Source: an uncultured virus (IMG/VR IMGVR_UViG_3300030098_004510) (Duplodnaviria > Heunggongvirae > Uroviricota > Caudoviricetes). Taken from it: 64,000 nt of DNA. A model generated the notes under the pieces. The model saw nothing but the letters and a program-made list of their open reading frames with translations, searched no databases and was not told the origin of the DNA. Positions 56,696-64,000 of this stretch are shown here, in pieces. The number at the start of each line of letters is the position of its first letter. Position 1 is the first letter of the stretch. The position numbers and the translations under genes were made by a program. The stretch is taken from IMG/VR virus record IMGVR_UViG_3300030098_004510. One strand, written 5' to 3'.

Positions 56696-57104
56696 TTCTA
56701 ATCCTTTTCTCTTCTAGTCTATGACAATTAGCACATAATACTATGCACTTCTTCCATTCTTCTTTCATCTTTTCAAATTGTTTTAAACTTGTTCTCCAGT
56801 ATCTAGATACATTTAAAAATTTATCTGCTCTATTTAAATGGTGAAAATCTAAAACAACAGGGTCATCCTTATATCCACAATGAGCGCACCCTTGTTTTAA
56901 TTTTTCATCATTCATAGATTTACTAATAAAATCATAAATTCTTTTTTTATTTCTTTTATTGTTTTGTATTTGTTTTTCAAATCCCTCTGGGCTTCTCCAA
57001 TCCTCCCCATATGTTCCATCTTTTTTTAATCTATTTAATCGTCTACCAATATATCGGTATCCATCCTCTCTCGTATCACCAAATTTAAAACGGGGCACCA
57101 TCAA
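56685..57104 (-). CDS. HNH-like endonuclease
   Basis: CAHC..LDFHH..CIVLCANCH. Confidence 0.75.
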   Translation of the reverse strand: MMVPRFKFGDTREDGYRYIGRRLNRLKKDGTYGEDWRSPEGFEKQIQNNKRNKKRIYDFISKSMNDEKLKQGCAHCGYKDDPVVLDFHHLNRADKFLNVSRYWRTSLKQFEKMKEEWKKCIVLCANCHRLEEKRIRNGN

Positions 57105-58575
57105 CCTCCTTTATGTCAAACGCTGAATCTTGTTGCTGATATGCAGGCACACCCCACACTCTCACTGTTCTACCTTTAAGATTATATTTCTCACTCTTAC
57201 CTTTTAAATGTCTTAATGCTTGTACTAACTGACCTGTGTTAAAGTAAGTAAATTTATTTCTTGTAAGATAATCTTGTAAGTCTTTTAATCTAAACCAGGT
57301 AATCCCATCTTCTGTCCATGGTTTACGTAATAATAATTCGTCGCGATTTAGGGCTTGGGCACGATCAGTACAAAACTCCTGGAGGTGAGCCTCAAACTGA
57401 CCGGCCAATGACCCATCATCAGAAACAGGAATAGTATTAAGATTAACCATTAATCTCTCTATGTTTTCCTGCCACACTGACTGTTTTACTAGAGGTGGCA
57501 TGTGATTCAAACTGTTCATACATTTCTTTTGAAACTTAGTTTGTATCTGTAGCTCCTCTGTCTGTAATTCCATTCGTGCATCACCAACATCCAAGAACCA
57601 AACTGGTGGATCTGTTTCTAATTTTGTTAATGCACTAAACTCTAATGATGCTCCATTACCACCTATACCATGCTTTCTTCCTCTACATACTTTAGCATTA
57701 CAATAAGAACTAATTGGTGGTTCTTTACATCTATAACTATATTCTTTTTTCTCTAATTGTTTTTGAACTGTCACAACCTCTGATGCTGATAGAGGAGGTG
57801 TCATATAATCCTGGTTGTATTTTTCTAGTAATGTTTTCCAATTGTCTGGATCAAACTTACGTAGGTATACACCTATGTTAAACAAACCATTATTACGTGT
57901 GCCTTCTGGAAATCCTTGTGAGCATAATTGTTGTAAACAAGGTGGACCATCCTTTATGACTTCATCAGATACTTGGATTGCAACTTTGTCTATATCTTCT
58001 ACAACGTATTTATCGTATAAGGTGTAGAACTCTGGCAATGACGCCGCTGTTCCATCATCTTTATAGGCATATCTCGTTGTACTTTTGGAATTATAATATG
58101 GAAGATTTAGGAAATTACCTAGATCTCCTTTTTCTATTAATATGGTTGATTGCTTGGGGAATACTTCTACAGAGGAATATCCGAGACCAGATGCAACCTC
58201 TCGTAATTTCTCTCGTACTAATCTGGCGGATACTGGGTTTTTAAGAAATAAAAATATATGCATCCCACCACTCTTAGATCTACATGGAACTAAGGGTAAT
58301 TGTAAATTTCTAATTGTATTTATTATTTTTTTGTAATCAATTGGATATGTATCAATATCAATACAGCCCCAACGAACTGTATTATCTGCCATAATAGGAA
58401 TGATCCCTAATGAAGGACCATTACCATTAAGGTGTTCTAACCATAATTCATCTTTAACTTCTTGCTTGACAATATAGGATTTACCCTCTTGCTTACCGTC
58501 AGCACGTTTCCCTTGGGATTGGTGCTGACCATAAGCTACGTCTAAGCCTTCAAATATAGATTTGAATCTTTCCAC
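57085..58575 (-). CDS. AEP-family primase with PriCT-like domain
   Basis: WGCIDID, RSKSGGMH, EVFPKQ, LNLPY, PPCL..EGTRNNGLF. Confidence 0.85.
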   Translation of the reverse strand: MERFKSIFEGLDVAYGQHQSQGKRADGKQEGKSYIVKQEVKDELWLEHLNGNGPSLGIIPIMADNTVRWGCIDIDTYPIDYKKIINTIRNLQLPLVPCRSKSGGMHIFLFLKNPVSARLVREKLREVASGLGYSSVEVFPKQSTILIEKGDLGNFLNLPYYNSKSTTRYAYKDDGTAASLPEFYTLYDKYVVEDIDKVAIQVSDEVIKDGPPCLQQLCSQGFPEGTRNNGLFNIGVYLRKFDPDNWKTLLEKYNQDYMTPPLSASEVVTVQKQLEKKEYSYRCKEPPISSYCNAKVCRGRKHGIGGNGASLEFSALTKLETDPPVWFLDVGDARMELQTEELQIQTKFQKKCMNSLNHMPPLVKQSVWQENIERLMVNLNTIPVSDDGSLAGQFEAHLQEFCTDRAQALNRDELLLRKPWTEDGITWFRLKDLQDYLTRNKFTYFNTGQLVQALRHLKGKSEKYNLKGRTVRVWGVPAYQQQDSAFDIKEVDGAPF

Positions 58576-58605
58576 TAAACCTCCAGTTTAAAGTAGAAGA
58601 CTTAC

Positions 58606-59412
58606 CTAAAACGGTACGTCTTCTTGGCTTTCATTATTGTTAGATTTAGGTGCCTCTTTTACTGGCTCCCCCTCTACAGTAGGTTTAGCTTCGACATCTC
58701 CTCTTGATGCTGCTGTTGAAAATGATTTTGCGTCATCATATAAGCCAGCATCCTCAACTTGACCTGCTTTCTCAACTTGATACCCAAACCAACTTCCACG
58801 ATCATTAGACTCACTAACAGTAGTGAGCTTGTAAATCATAGCGTATGTTGGTGGAGTAAAACTTCCCGATGGACCATTAACTTTTTGTGTCAACATCAAG
58901 CTGTTCCAACGTCTACTCTTTTTTAATTGAGTAGATGTCATGCTGATAACAGCCTGAGACCACGAACCATCTTTTCCTTGTACAAGGACATAGTGGTATG
59001 CGGTTGTTGCAATGTAGTTACCATTAGGTAATACATCTTTAAACGTCATTTGGTCACGTTTAGTTTGTGATAGGATTCCACTATCTGCATGATGGGATTC
59101 AACGAACCCTCCACCTTGCTCACGTGGTTTCCACTCTACGTATCGTAGTTGATAAAGAACAGGAATCACGTTAAGTGAATCACTGACTTCTTGTGAGACA
59201 GTATTATAGAACTGTCCAACCTTAGCGCCATCAACGTGTTCCGCTTTTGACGGATTAAGTTGTGGACTATTAGATTGTAGTATGTTGATGTAAGGGATCG
59301 CAATATCTCTTGACATGTCAAGATTGCCGAAACCACTTGCATCTTTAGAATCACTAGCAAGAACTGCTAGATCTAATTTTGTCGCTTTAGCGACTGCCTG
59401 TGCTTTTGCCAT
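58606..59412 (-). CDS. Putative single-stranded DNA-binding protein
   Basis: Acidic C-terminus EDVPF; replication module. Confidence 0.65.
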   Translation of the reverse strand: MAKAQAVAKATKLDLAVLASDSKDASGFGNLDMSRDIAIPYINILQSNSPQLNPSKAEHVDGAKVGQFYNTVSQEVSDSLNVIPVLYQLRYVEWKPREQGGGFVESHHADSGILSQTKRDQMTFKDVLPNGNYIATTAYHYVLVQGKDGSWSQAVISMTSTQLKKSRRWNSLMLTQKVNGPSGSFTPPTYAMIYKLTTVSESNDRGSWFGYQVEKAGQVEDAGLYDDAKSFSTAASRGDVEAKPTVEGEPVKEAPKSNNNESQEDVPF

Positions 59413-59425
59413 TGGCCGTTCTCCT

Positions 59426-59974
59426 TTAGTCTTTTATCGTTGTTTTTTGTCCTACGAAAGCCCCAAGCAAATCCATAGGTAAAGCATTACCTGCTTCATG
59501 CTGCTCTCGTATGAATGCGCGAAGGGTGGAAGGTTCGACCCATTCACGTTGCATTGATTGATAACCTTGATCATTCAAAGTATTAATCAACGACTTAGCT
59601 TTCTCATCTTCATTCCTTCCAAAGCTACAACTGACCTGGTTCTTTATTAAATCACCAAATCCATTGTCTCTTAACCAATTAAATGCTGCTTGCTTTTTTT
59701 CTTCTTTTATAGAAGCACCATAATAATTGGAAACCTTTAAGTGTCTGCCATCTGCTAGTTTTAATTCTGATAACCCAACTTCTGAAAATAAGTTAGGTAG
59801 TACATTTTCTGCTAAATGTTTTTTATAATCTTTTTTCTTTTTTAATTGCTCTTCTAAATCAGCAATTTCCTTATCGGTATCTGCTACATCATTTGCAACT
59901 GCACCAATCTTACCCATGTTGTCCTGGGCCGTGGTCCCCGAATCTTGTTGCATTTGTTTAATTAAGTCTTCCAT
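59426..59974 (-). CDS. Conserved replication-module protein
   Basis: AFNWLRDNGFGDLIKN..VEPSTLRAFIRE. Confidence 0.7.
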   Translation of the reverse strand: MEDLIKQMQQDSGTTAQDNMGKIGAVANDVADTDKEIADLEEQLKKKKDYKKHLAENVLPNLFSEVGLSELKLADGRHLKVSNYYGASIKEEKKQAAFNWLRDNGFGDLIKNQVSCSFGRNEDEKAKSLINTLNDQGYQSMQREWVEPSTLRAFIREQHEAGNALPMDLLGAFVGQKTTIKD

Positions 59975-59975
59975 A

Positions 59976-60281
59976 TTATCCTCGTATATCTATTTCTATA
60001 TCGTAGTATCGTTTCTCATCACGATCCCACTTTAAAACTTTGAACCGTCCTCCATTCATCTTGCTAGCAATTGCACCAGCAAGCGCTATTATAGCAGGAT
60101 CACCAATTAATAACAAGTAGTCATCATCATTAAATGTGGATAACTCTTTAGTTAATTTATGAGTGAGTGGTCCAGAAGATAAAACTATTTGTTTATTATC
60201 CGGAAGTAAAACTTTTAAATCACCAAACTTTTCAGCTGATCTAATATTTCTTCCCATTTCTTGTAAAACGTAAACTGTCAT
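59976..60281 (-). CDS. Conserved hypothetical protein
   Basis: DYLLLIGDP..LKWDR. Confidence 0.7.
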   Translation of the reverse strand: MTVYVLQEMGRNIRSAEKFGDLKVLLPDNKQIVLSSGPLTHKLTKELSTFNDDDYLLLIGDPAIIALAGAIASKMNGGRFKVLKWDRDEKRYYDIEIDIRG

Positions 60282-60292
60282 AATTTTATTTC

Positions 60293-60330
60293 TTGATTTG
60301 CATTATAACATGGTATATAATGTAATGCAA
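60293..60330. promoter_or_regulatory. Overlapping divergent sigma70 promoters
   Basis: + TTGATT-17-TATAAT (60293-60321); minus TTGCAT-17-TATAAT (60330-60302). Confidence 0.75.
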
Positions 60331-60346
60331 GAATAAAGAAAGAATT

Positions 60347-61783
60347 ATGTATAAATTTAAAACTGAGCCATATGAGCATCAGAAAGATGCGTTAAAAAAA
60401 TGCTGGAATAAAGAATCCTTTGCTATCTTTGCAGAGATGGGAACAGGTAAAACTAAAATTGCATTAGATAATGCATGCATATTATATAATAAAGGTAAAA
60501 TAGATCGGTTACTTGTGGTTGCTCCAAAAGGTACGTATATGAATTGGGTGGACCAGGAAATACCCACCCACGTACCAGACTATATTGAAAGAAATGTATT
60601 GGCATGGAAACCAAACATTACGGATAAATATGAGCAGCAATTAAAAGCTATTCGTGATTCTAACGATTATAAATTTAAAATATTTGTAATGAATGTAGAA
60701 TCTCTTTCTACAAAGAAAGGTATTTATTATGCTAAATTATTTTTGACTGGAAAGTCAATGATGATTGTAGATGAAAGCACAACAATTAAAAATCCACAGG
60801 CTAAAAGAACTAAAAATATTTTATCATTAGCCAGAGAAGCCAAATACCGACGAATATTAACAGGATCTCCAGTAACCCAGTCACCAATGGATTTATGGGC
60901 ACAGATGGATTTCCTAGATCCTGAGATACTTGGTCAACAAAGTTTTTATGCATTTAGAACTCGCTATGCAGTTGTTATAACAGCAAATGCTGCTGGTGGC
61001 ACGCATAAATACCAGAAGATTGTTAAATTTAAAAACCTAGCACAATTAGGACAGTTAGTATCACCGCATTCTTATCGTATTTTAAAGAAAGATTGCTTAG
61101 ATTTACCGGAAAAGACATTTACTAAGCGTGAAATAGAATTAACTGATGAACAAAAACAAGCTTATGGTGAAATGAAAGCTAACGCTATGACTATATTAAA
61201 AGGTGAGTCATTAACTGCTGTTAATGTGTTAACACAACTAATGAGACTACATCAAATAACATGTGGGCATATGAAGACAGATAGTGGTGATACCTTAAAT
61301 CTTAAAAATAATAGATTAGATGAATTAATGCAGATACTAGCAGAGACATCTGGTAAAGCAATTATCTGGGCCAATTACATTCATGACATATTAAATATAG
61401 AAGCAGCTATTAAAAAAGAATACGGTCATACTTCTTATTGTACCTATTATGGTGCAACCAAGGCAGAAGATAGACAACGTTGTATTTATGATTTTCAAAA
61501 CAAAATGAATGATTGTCGTTTCTTTATAGGAAACACGCAGACAGGTGGATACGGAATTACCTTAACTGCTGCGAGCACAGTTATTTATTATTCTAATAAT
61601 TATGATCTAGAGAAAAGAATTCAATCTGAAGATAGAGCACACCGTATAGGTCAAAAGAATCCAGTGTTATATATTGATTTAGTTTCCAAAGGGACCGTTG
61701 ATGAAAAAATCATTAAGTCCCTTCGGAACAAGGTTAACATCGCTAAAGAAATTAGCGGTGAAGAACTTTCTAAGTGGATTTAA
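60347..61783 (+). CDS. SNF2-family SF2 helicase
   Basis: EMGTGKT, IVDES, LTGSP, GGYGITL, QSEDRAHRIGQ. Confidence 0.95.
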   Translation: MYKFKTEPYEHQKDALKKCWNKESFAIFAEMGTGKTKIALDNACILYNKGKIDRLLVVAPKGTYMNWVDQEIPTHVPDYIERNVLAWKPNITDKYEQQLKAIRDSNDYKFKIFVMNVESLSTKKGIYYAKLFLTGKSMMIVDESTTIKNPQAKRTKNILSLAREAKYRRILTGSPVTQSPMDLWAQMDFLDPEILGQQSFYAFRTRYAVVITANAAGGTHKYQKIVKFKNLAQLGQLVSPHSYRILKKDCLDLPEKTFTKREIELTDEQKQAYGEMKANAMTILKGESLTAVNVLTQLMRLHQITCGHMKTDSGDTLNLKNNRLDELMQILAETSGKAIIWANYIHDILNIEAAIKKEYGHTSYCTYYGATKAEDRQRCIYDFQNKMNDCRFFIGNTQTGGYGITLTAASTVIYYSNNYDLEKRIQSEDRAHRIGQKNPVLYIDLVSKGTVDEKIIKSLRNKVNIAKEISGEELSKWI

Positions 61784-62165
61784 TTTTTATTTGTTTTGGT
61801 CTTTCAGCCTCAGGTATTTCCCTGTGGTAAGAAACCTTAAGTAATCCATCTTTCAGTTCAGCATTGTTAACGACAATCTGTTTATGAAGTTGGAATCTTT
61901 TAATAAAGCTTCTATCAGAAATACCTTTATGCATTAAATCTTCCTGCAATTCTTTTTCTTTGCATCCAGAAATACTTAAAGTATTTTCTTTTACCTCAAC
62001 TTTTAAATCTTTCTCAGCGAACCCTGCAACAGCAAATTCAATGACCCCTTTGTCATCTTTTTCTTTTATGTTGTATGGTGGGTAAGTTGAAACTCTTCTG
62101 AAATTATCAAAAAAGTCATTTTGAAAACCAAGAAAATGGTTACGTAATATATCTAGTTCGTTCAT
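61770..62165 (-). CDS. hsp20: Small heat-shock protein (IbpA-like)
   Basis: YPPYNI, AVAGF, HKGISDRSF, AELKDGLL. Confidence 0.9.
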   Translation of the reverse strand: MNELDILRNHFLGFQNDFFDNFRRVSTYPPYNIKEKDDKGVIEFAVAGFAEKDLKVEVKENTLSISGCKEKELQEDLMHKGISDRSFIKRFQLHKQIVVNNAELKDGLLKVSYHREIPEAERPKQIKIKST

Positions 62166-62215
62166 ATAAACCTCCTATTTAAGCAAGATTAGTAGGACCC
62201 ATTACGGCATCCATA
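62166..62215 (-). promoter_or_regulatory. ROSE-like RNA thermometer leader of hsp20
   Basis: UCUUGCUU-AAAU-AGGAGG occluding SD with bulged G; upstream GGAUGCC/GGGUCC hairpin. Confidence 0.55.
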
Positions 62216-62219
62216 AGTA

Positions 62220-62888
62220 TTATATAAGGGTTTCGTTGTATAAATCAAGCTTTTTCATAAAAGCATTTGTAGCTCTTACAAATTTTTCACCAGTTAATTC
62301 AAATCGTTGAAATGTTAAATCACGTGAGCACATAAGAACTACACCCTGGTCTATTTCAGTATCAAATAAAGCATTGTGGGCCGCGGCGTACGCTGAAAGT
62401 TGCATGAGATAGTCTTGTATCCATTCACGTTTCTTTGGTCTATTTGTTTGTTTAAAATCCATAATGGCAGGTCGTCCTTTATATACACCAATCATATCTG
62501 CTGTTCCTGCATACTTTCCAGGATTATATAAGTGAACTTCTGATCCCCATATTTCTGTAATGTCATTAAACGCCTCATCTATTATTTTTTGAGCCATTTT
62601 TTCTGCTTGTATACCTATTTCCGTAAGATCTTTGTATTTATCTCCGTTCACAAAACGTTCTATATATAGGTGGAGCGCGGTGCCAATTTGACCAGCACTC
62701 TTAATGATTTGCTCAGCTTTTTTTTCACCTACTTTTGCACGCCATTGTTTCAAAAACGTTTTATCTTTTGTTTTAGAAAGTATGGTGGTAACAGAAGGTA
62801 ATGCTTGACCATCGGGTGTAAGATATAATCTTCCATCCCCTTCTTTACGTTTTAGTTCTGCGTAATTATATTTCTTAATTAATTGCAC
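62220..62888 (-). CDS. PD-(D/E)xK exonuclease
   Basis: LPSVTTIL, GTALH, YAGTAD, IMDFKQ, QLSAY. Confidence 0.85.
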   Translation of the reverse strand: MQLIKKYNYAELKRKEGDGRLYLTPDGQALPSVTTILSKTKDKTFLKQWRAKVGEKKAEQIIKSAGQIGTALHLYIERFVNGDKYKDLTEIGIQAEKMAQKIIDEAFNDITEIWGSEVHLYNPGKYAGTADMIGVYKGRPAIMDFKQTNRPKKREWIQDYLMQLSAYAAAHNALFDTEIDQGVVLMCSRDLTFQRFELTGEKFVRATNAFMKKLDLYNETLI

Positions 62889-62909
62889 TGTGACATTATA
62901 GCACAGATT

Positions 62910-63419
62910 TTATAAAAGTTCTAATGCTAATTTAGTTGTTTCATCAACTCTTCTGGTCCATCCTTTTCCAAAGGTACCAAAAGTAGAAAGACTTTCATAA
63001 TATTCTTGTCTGGCTGCTTGATATTGTTTTATACTTTCTTCTAAACCATGACTATCTACATGCTCATTTACTTTAGCCAAGGTCATAGGTCCAATGCCAC
63101 CGTCTACTGTAGTGCCAATCATTTTCTGTAAAAATTTAGCACCGCGTCCTGGTCCTGCATTAACTCCAAAATCAAATACACATAAATCTAAACCAGAAGG
63201 TAAATCATCACCTTTCATTTTATCCCAATAACCTTTTTTATAAATTGGTGCTACGTCTTCGACTGTTAAATCTTTCATGTCTTTTGTACCACCGTGTTCT
63301 TCATATACTCTTTTAGTAACACCAAGATTTGTTTCTCCACCTGGGTCCTCGGGGTGGTTAACATAACCACCTTCATGATGTAAAATTGTTTTTAAGCAGT
63401 GTTCATAATTATGTTTCAT
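62910..63419 (-). CDS. Endolysin, glycoside hydrolase family 108
   Basis: HEGGYVNHPEDPGGETNLGVT..FDFGVNAG..FGKGWTRR. Confidence 0.9.
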   Translation of the reverse strand: MKHNYEHCLKTILHHEGGYVNHPEDPGGETNLGVTKRVYEEHGGTKDMKDLTVEDVAPIYKKGYWDKMKGDDLPSGLDLCVFDFGVNAGPGRGAKFLQKMIGTTVDGGIGPMTLAKVNEHVDSHGLEESIKQYQAARQEYYESLSTFGTFGKGWTRRVDETTKLALELL

Positions 63420-63622
63420 TATCTATCCAATTTTTTATTTATATTTTTTACTTCGTTTTCTATGACCGCTATTCTAGCTTCCATTTTTGTAAATAAAATT
63501 AAAGCTTCTTCTATACGATCTATGTCTCGTTCCATAGCATTAATACGTTGCGATGTCATACCCCATGTAGCTCCAAGTGCTATAAAAATTCCTATAATCC
63601 AAATAGCATCTCTTACACTCAT
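63419..63622 (-). CDS. TM plus coiled-coil protein (holin-like)
   Basis: One TM then heptads; directly upstream of endolysin. Confidence 0.55.
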   Translation of the reverse strand: MSVRDAIWIIGIFIALGATWGMTSQRINAMERDIDRIEEALILFTKMEARIAVIENEVKNINKKLDR

Positions 63623-63623
63623 A

Positions 63624-64000
63624 TTAACTTACCAAAGATATTATGCCACCTCTTGCTGCAGTAGGCATTTGAGTGGTTGGGCCTGTAGGAGTACCAAATT
63701 GATTCGCTAGTGCTGCATCCGTGTTTCCACTATATAAACTAGCTGCCGCATTAGGATTCATACTTTGATTAAGAGCAATAGATGAGCCTGTAGTGCCACC
63801 TCCGAACGTATTTCCAGAAGTAGCACCGACAGACGTTGGGCTAGAAGATGCAACTGAAATATCTTCAGTTACATCAGTTACCGCAGGAGTGTTTGCAGAC
63901 TCCTCACGGATTCCTTGTTTGGCTTGCGCCGCTTGTTTCATTTTTTCAAAGATGTTTATCTTTTCAGATATTTCTTCTCTACCAGTAGGGTCTGGTTGTT
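63624..64000 (-). CDS. C-terminal part of large virion protein (enters from window edge)
   Basis: Frame open to 64000; ends AARGGIISLVS. Confidence 0.7.
   Translation of the reverse strand, partial: QPDPTGREEISEKINIFEKMKQAAQAKQGIREESANTPAVTDVTEDISVASSSPTSVGATSGNTFGGGTTGSSIALNQSMNPNAAASLYSGNTDAALANQFGTPTGPTTQMPTAARGGIISLVS

Noticed and set aside
1..64000. tRNA genes, integrase/prophage boundaries, RNA polymerase, alternative genetic code
   Set aside because: None recognised by eye; long ORFs are intact in the standard code; tRNAscan-SE would be needed to fully exclude tRNAs

Overview
Nearly complete genome of an AT-rich tailed dsDNA phage with a podovirus-like gene set. A marine alphaproteobacterial (SAR11-type) host and HTVC023P-like gene content are my inference and were not verified. 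Positions 1-39 kb (minus strand) are the virion module: ejection proteins, tail, a 9-kb receptor-binding-protein (RBP) array, head-tail adaptors, major capsid, scaffold, GroES, portal and TerL. Positions 39-42 kb are a GC-rich, repeat-rich control/terminus region lying between TerL and TerS. It holds seven perfect DnaA boxes, GAGTT iterons, several sigma70-like promoters, micro-ORFs and a probable ncRNA. Positions 42-45 kb carry TerS, an iteron cluster, a LexA-type HTH and a highly structured ~190-nt RNA. Positions 45-49.5 kb are a counter-oriented operon of secreted/membrane proteins. Positions 49.6-64 kb encode SufE, a 2OG-Fe(II) oxygenase, a PAPS-reductase-like PP-loop protein, DNA Pol A, UvrD, primase, SSB, SNF2 helicase, Hsp20, an exonuclease and a GH108 lysozyme. 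Best novel-system candidates: (1) a duplicated 1 adaptor + 3 + 1 RBP grammar in the fibre array; (2) DnaA boxes at fixed spacing from early promoters; (3) a shared xxGG linear motif across virion cargo proteins; (4) two promoter-driven structured RNAs; (5) the Met/Glu-rich secreted operon; (6) SufE plus a PP-loop protein as a possible sulfur-modification system. All product calls are from motif recognition by eye; no searches were run.
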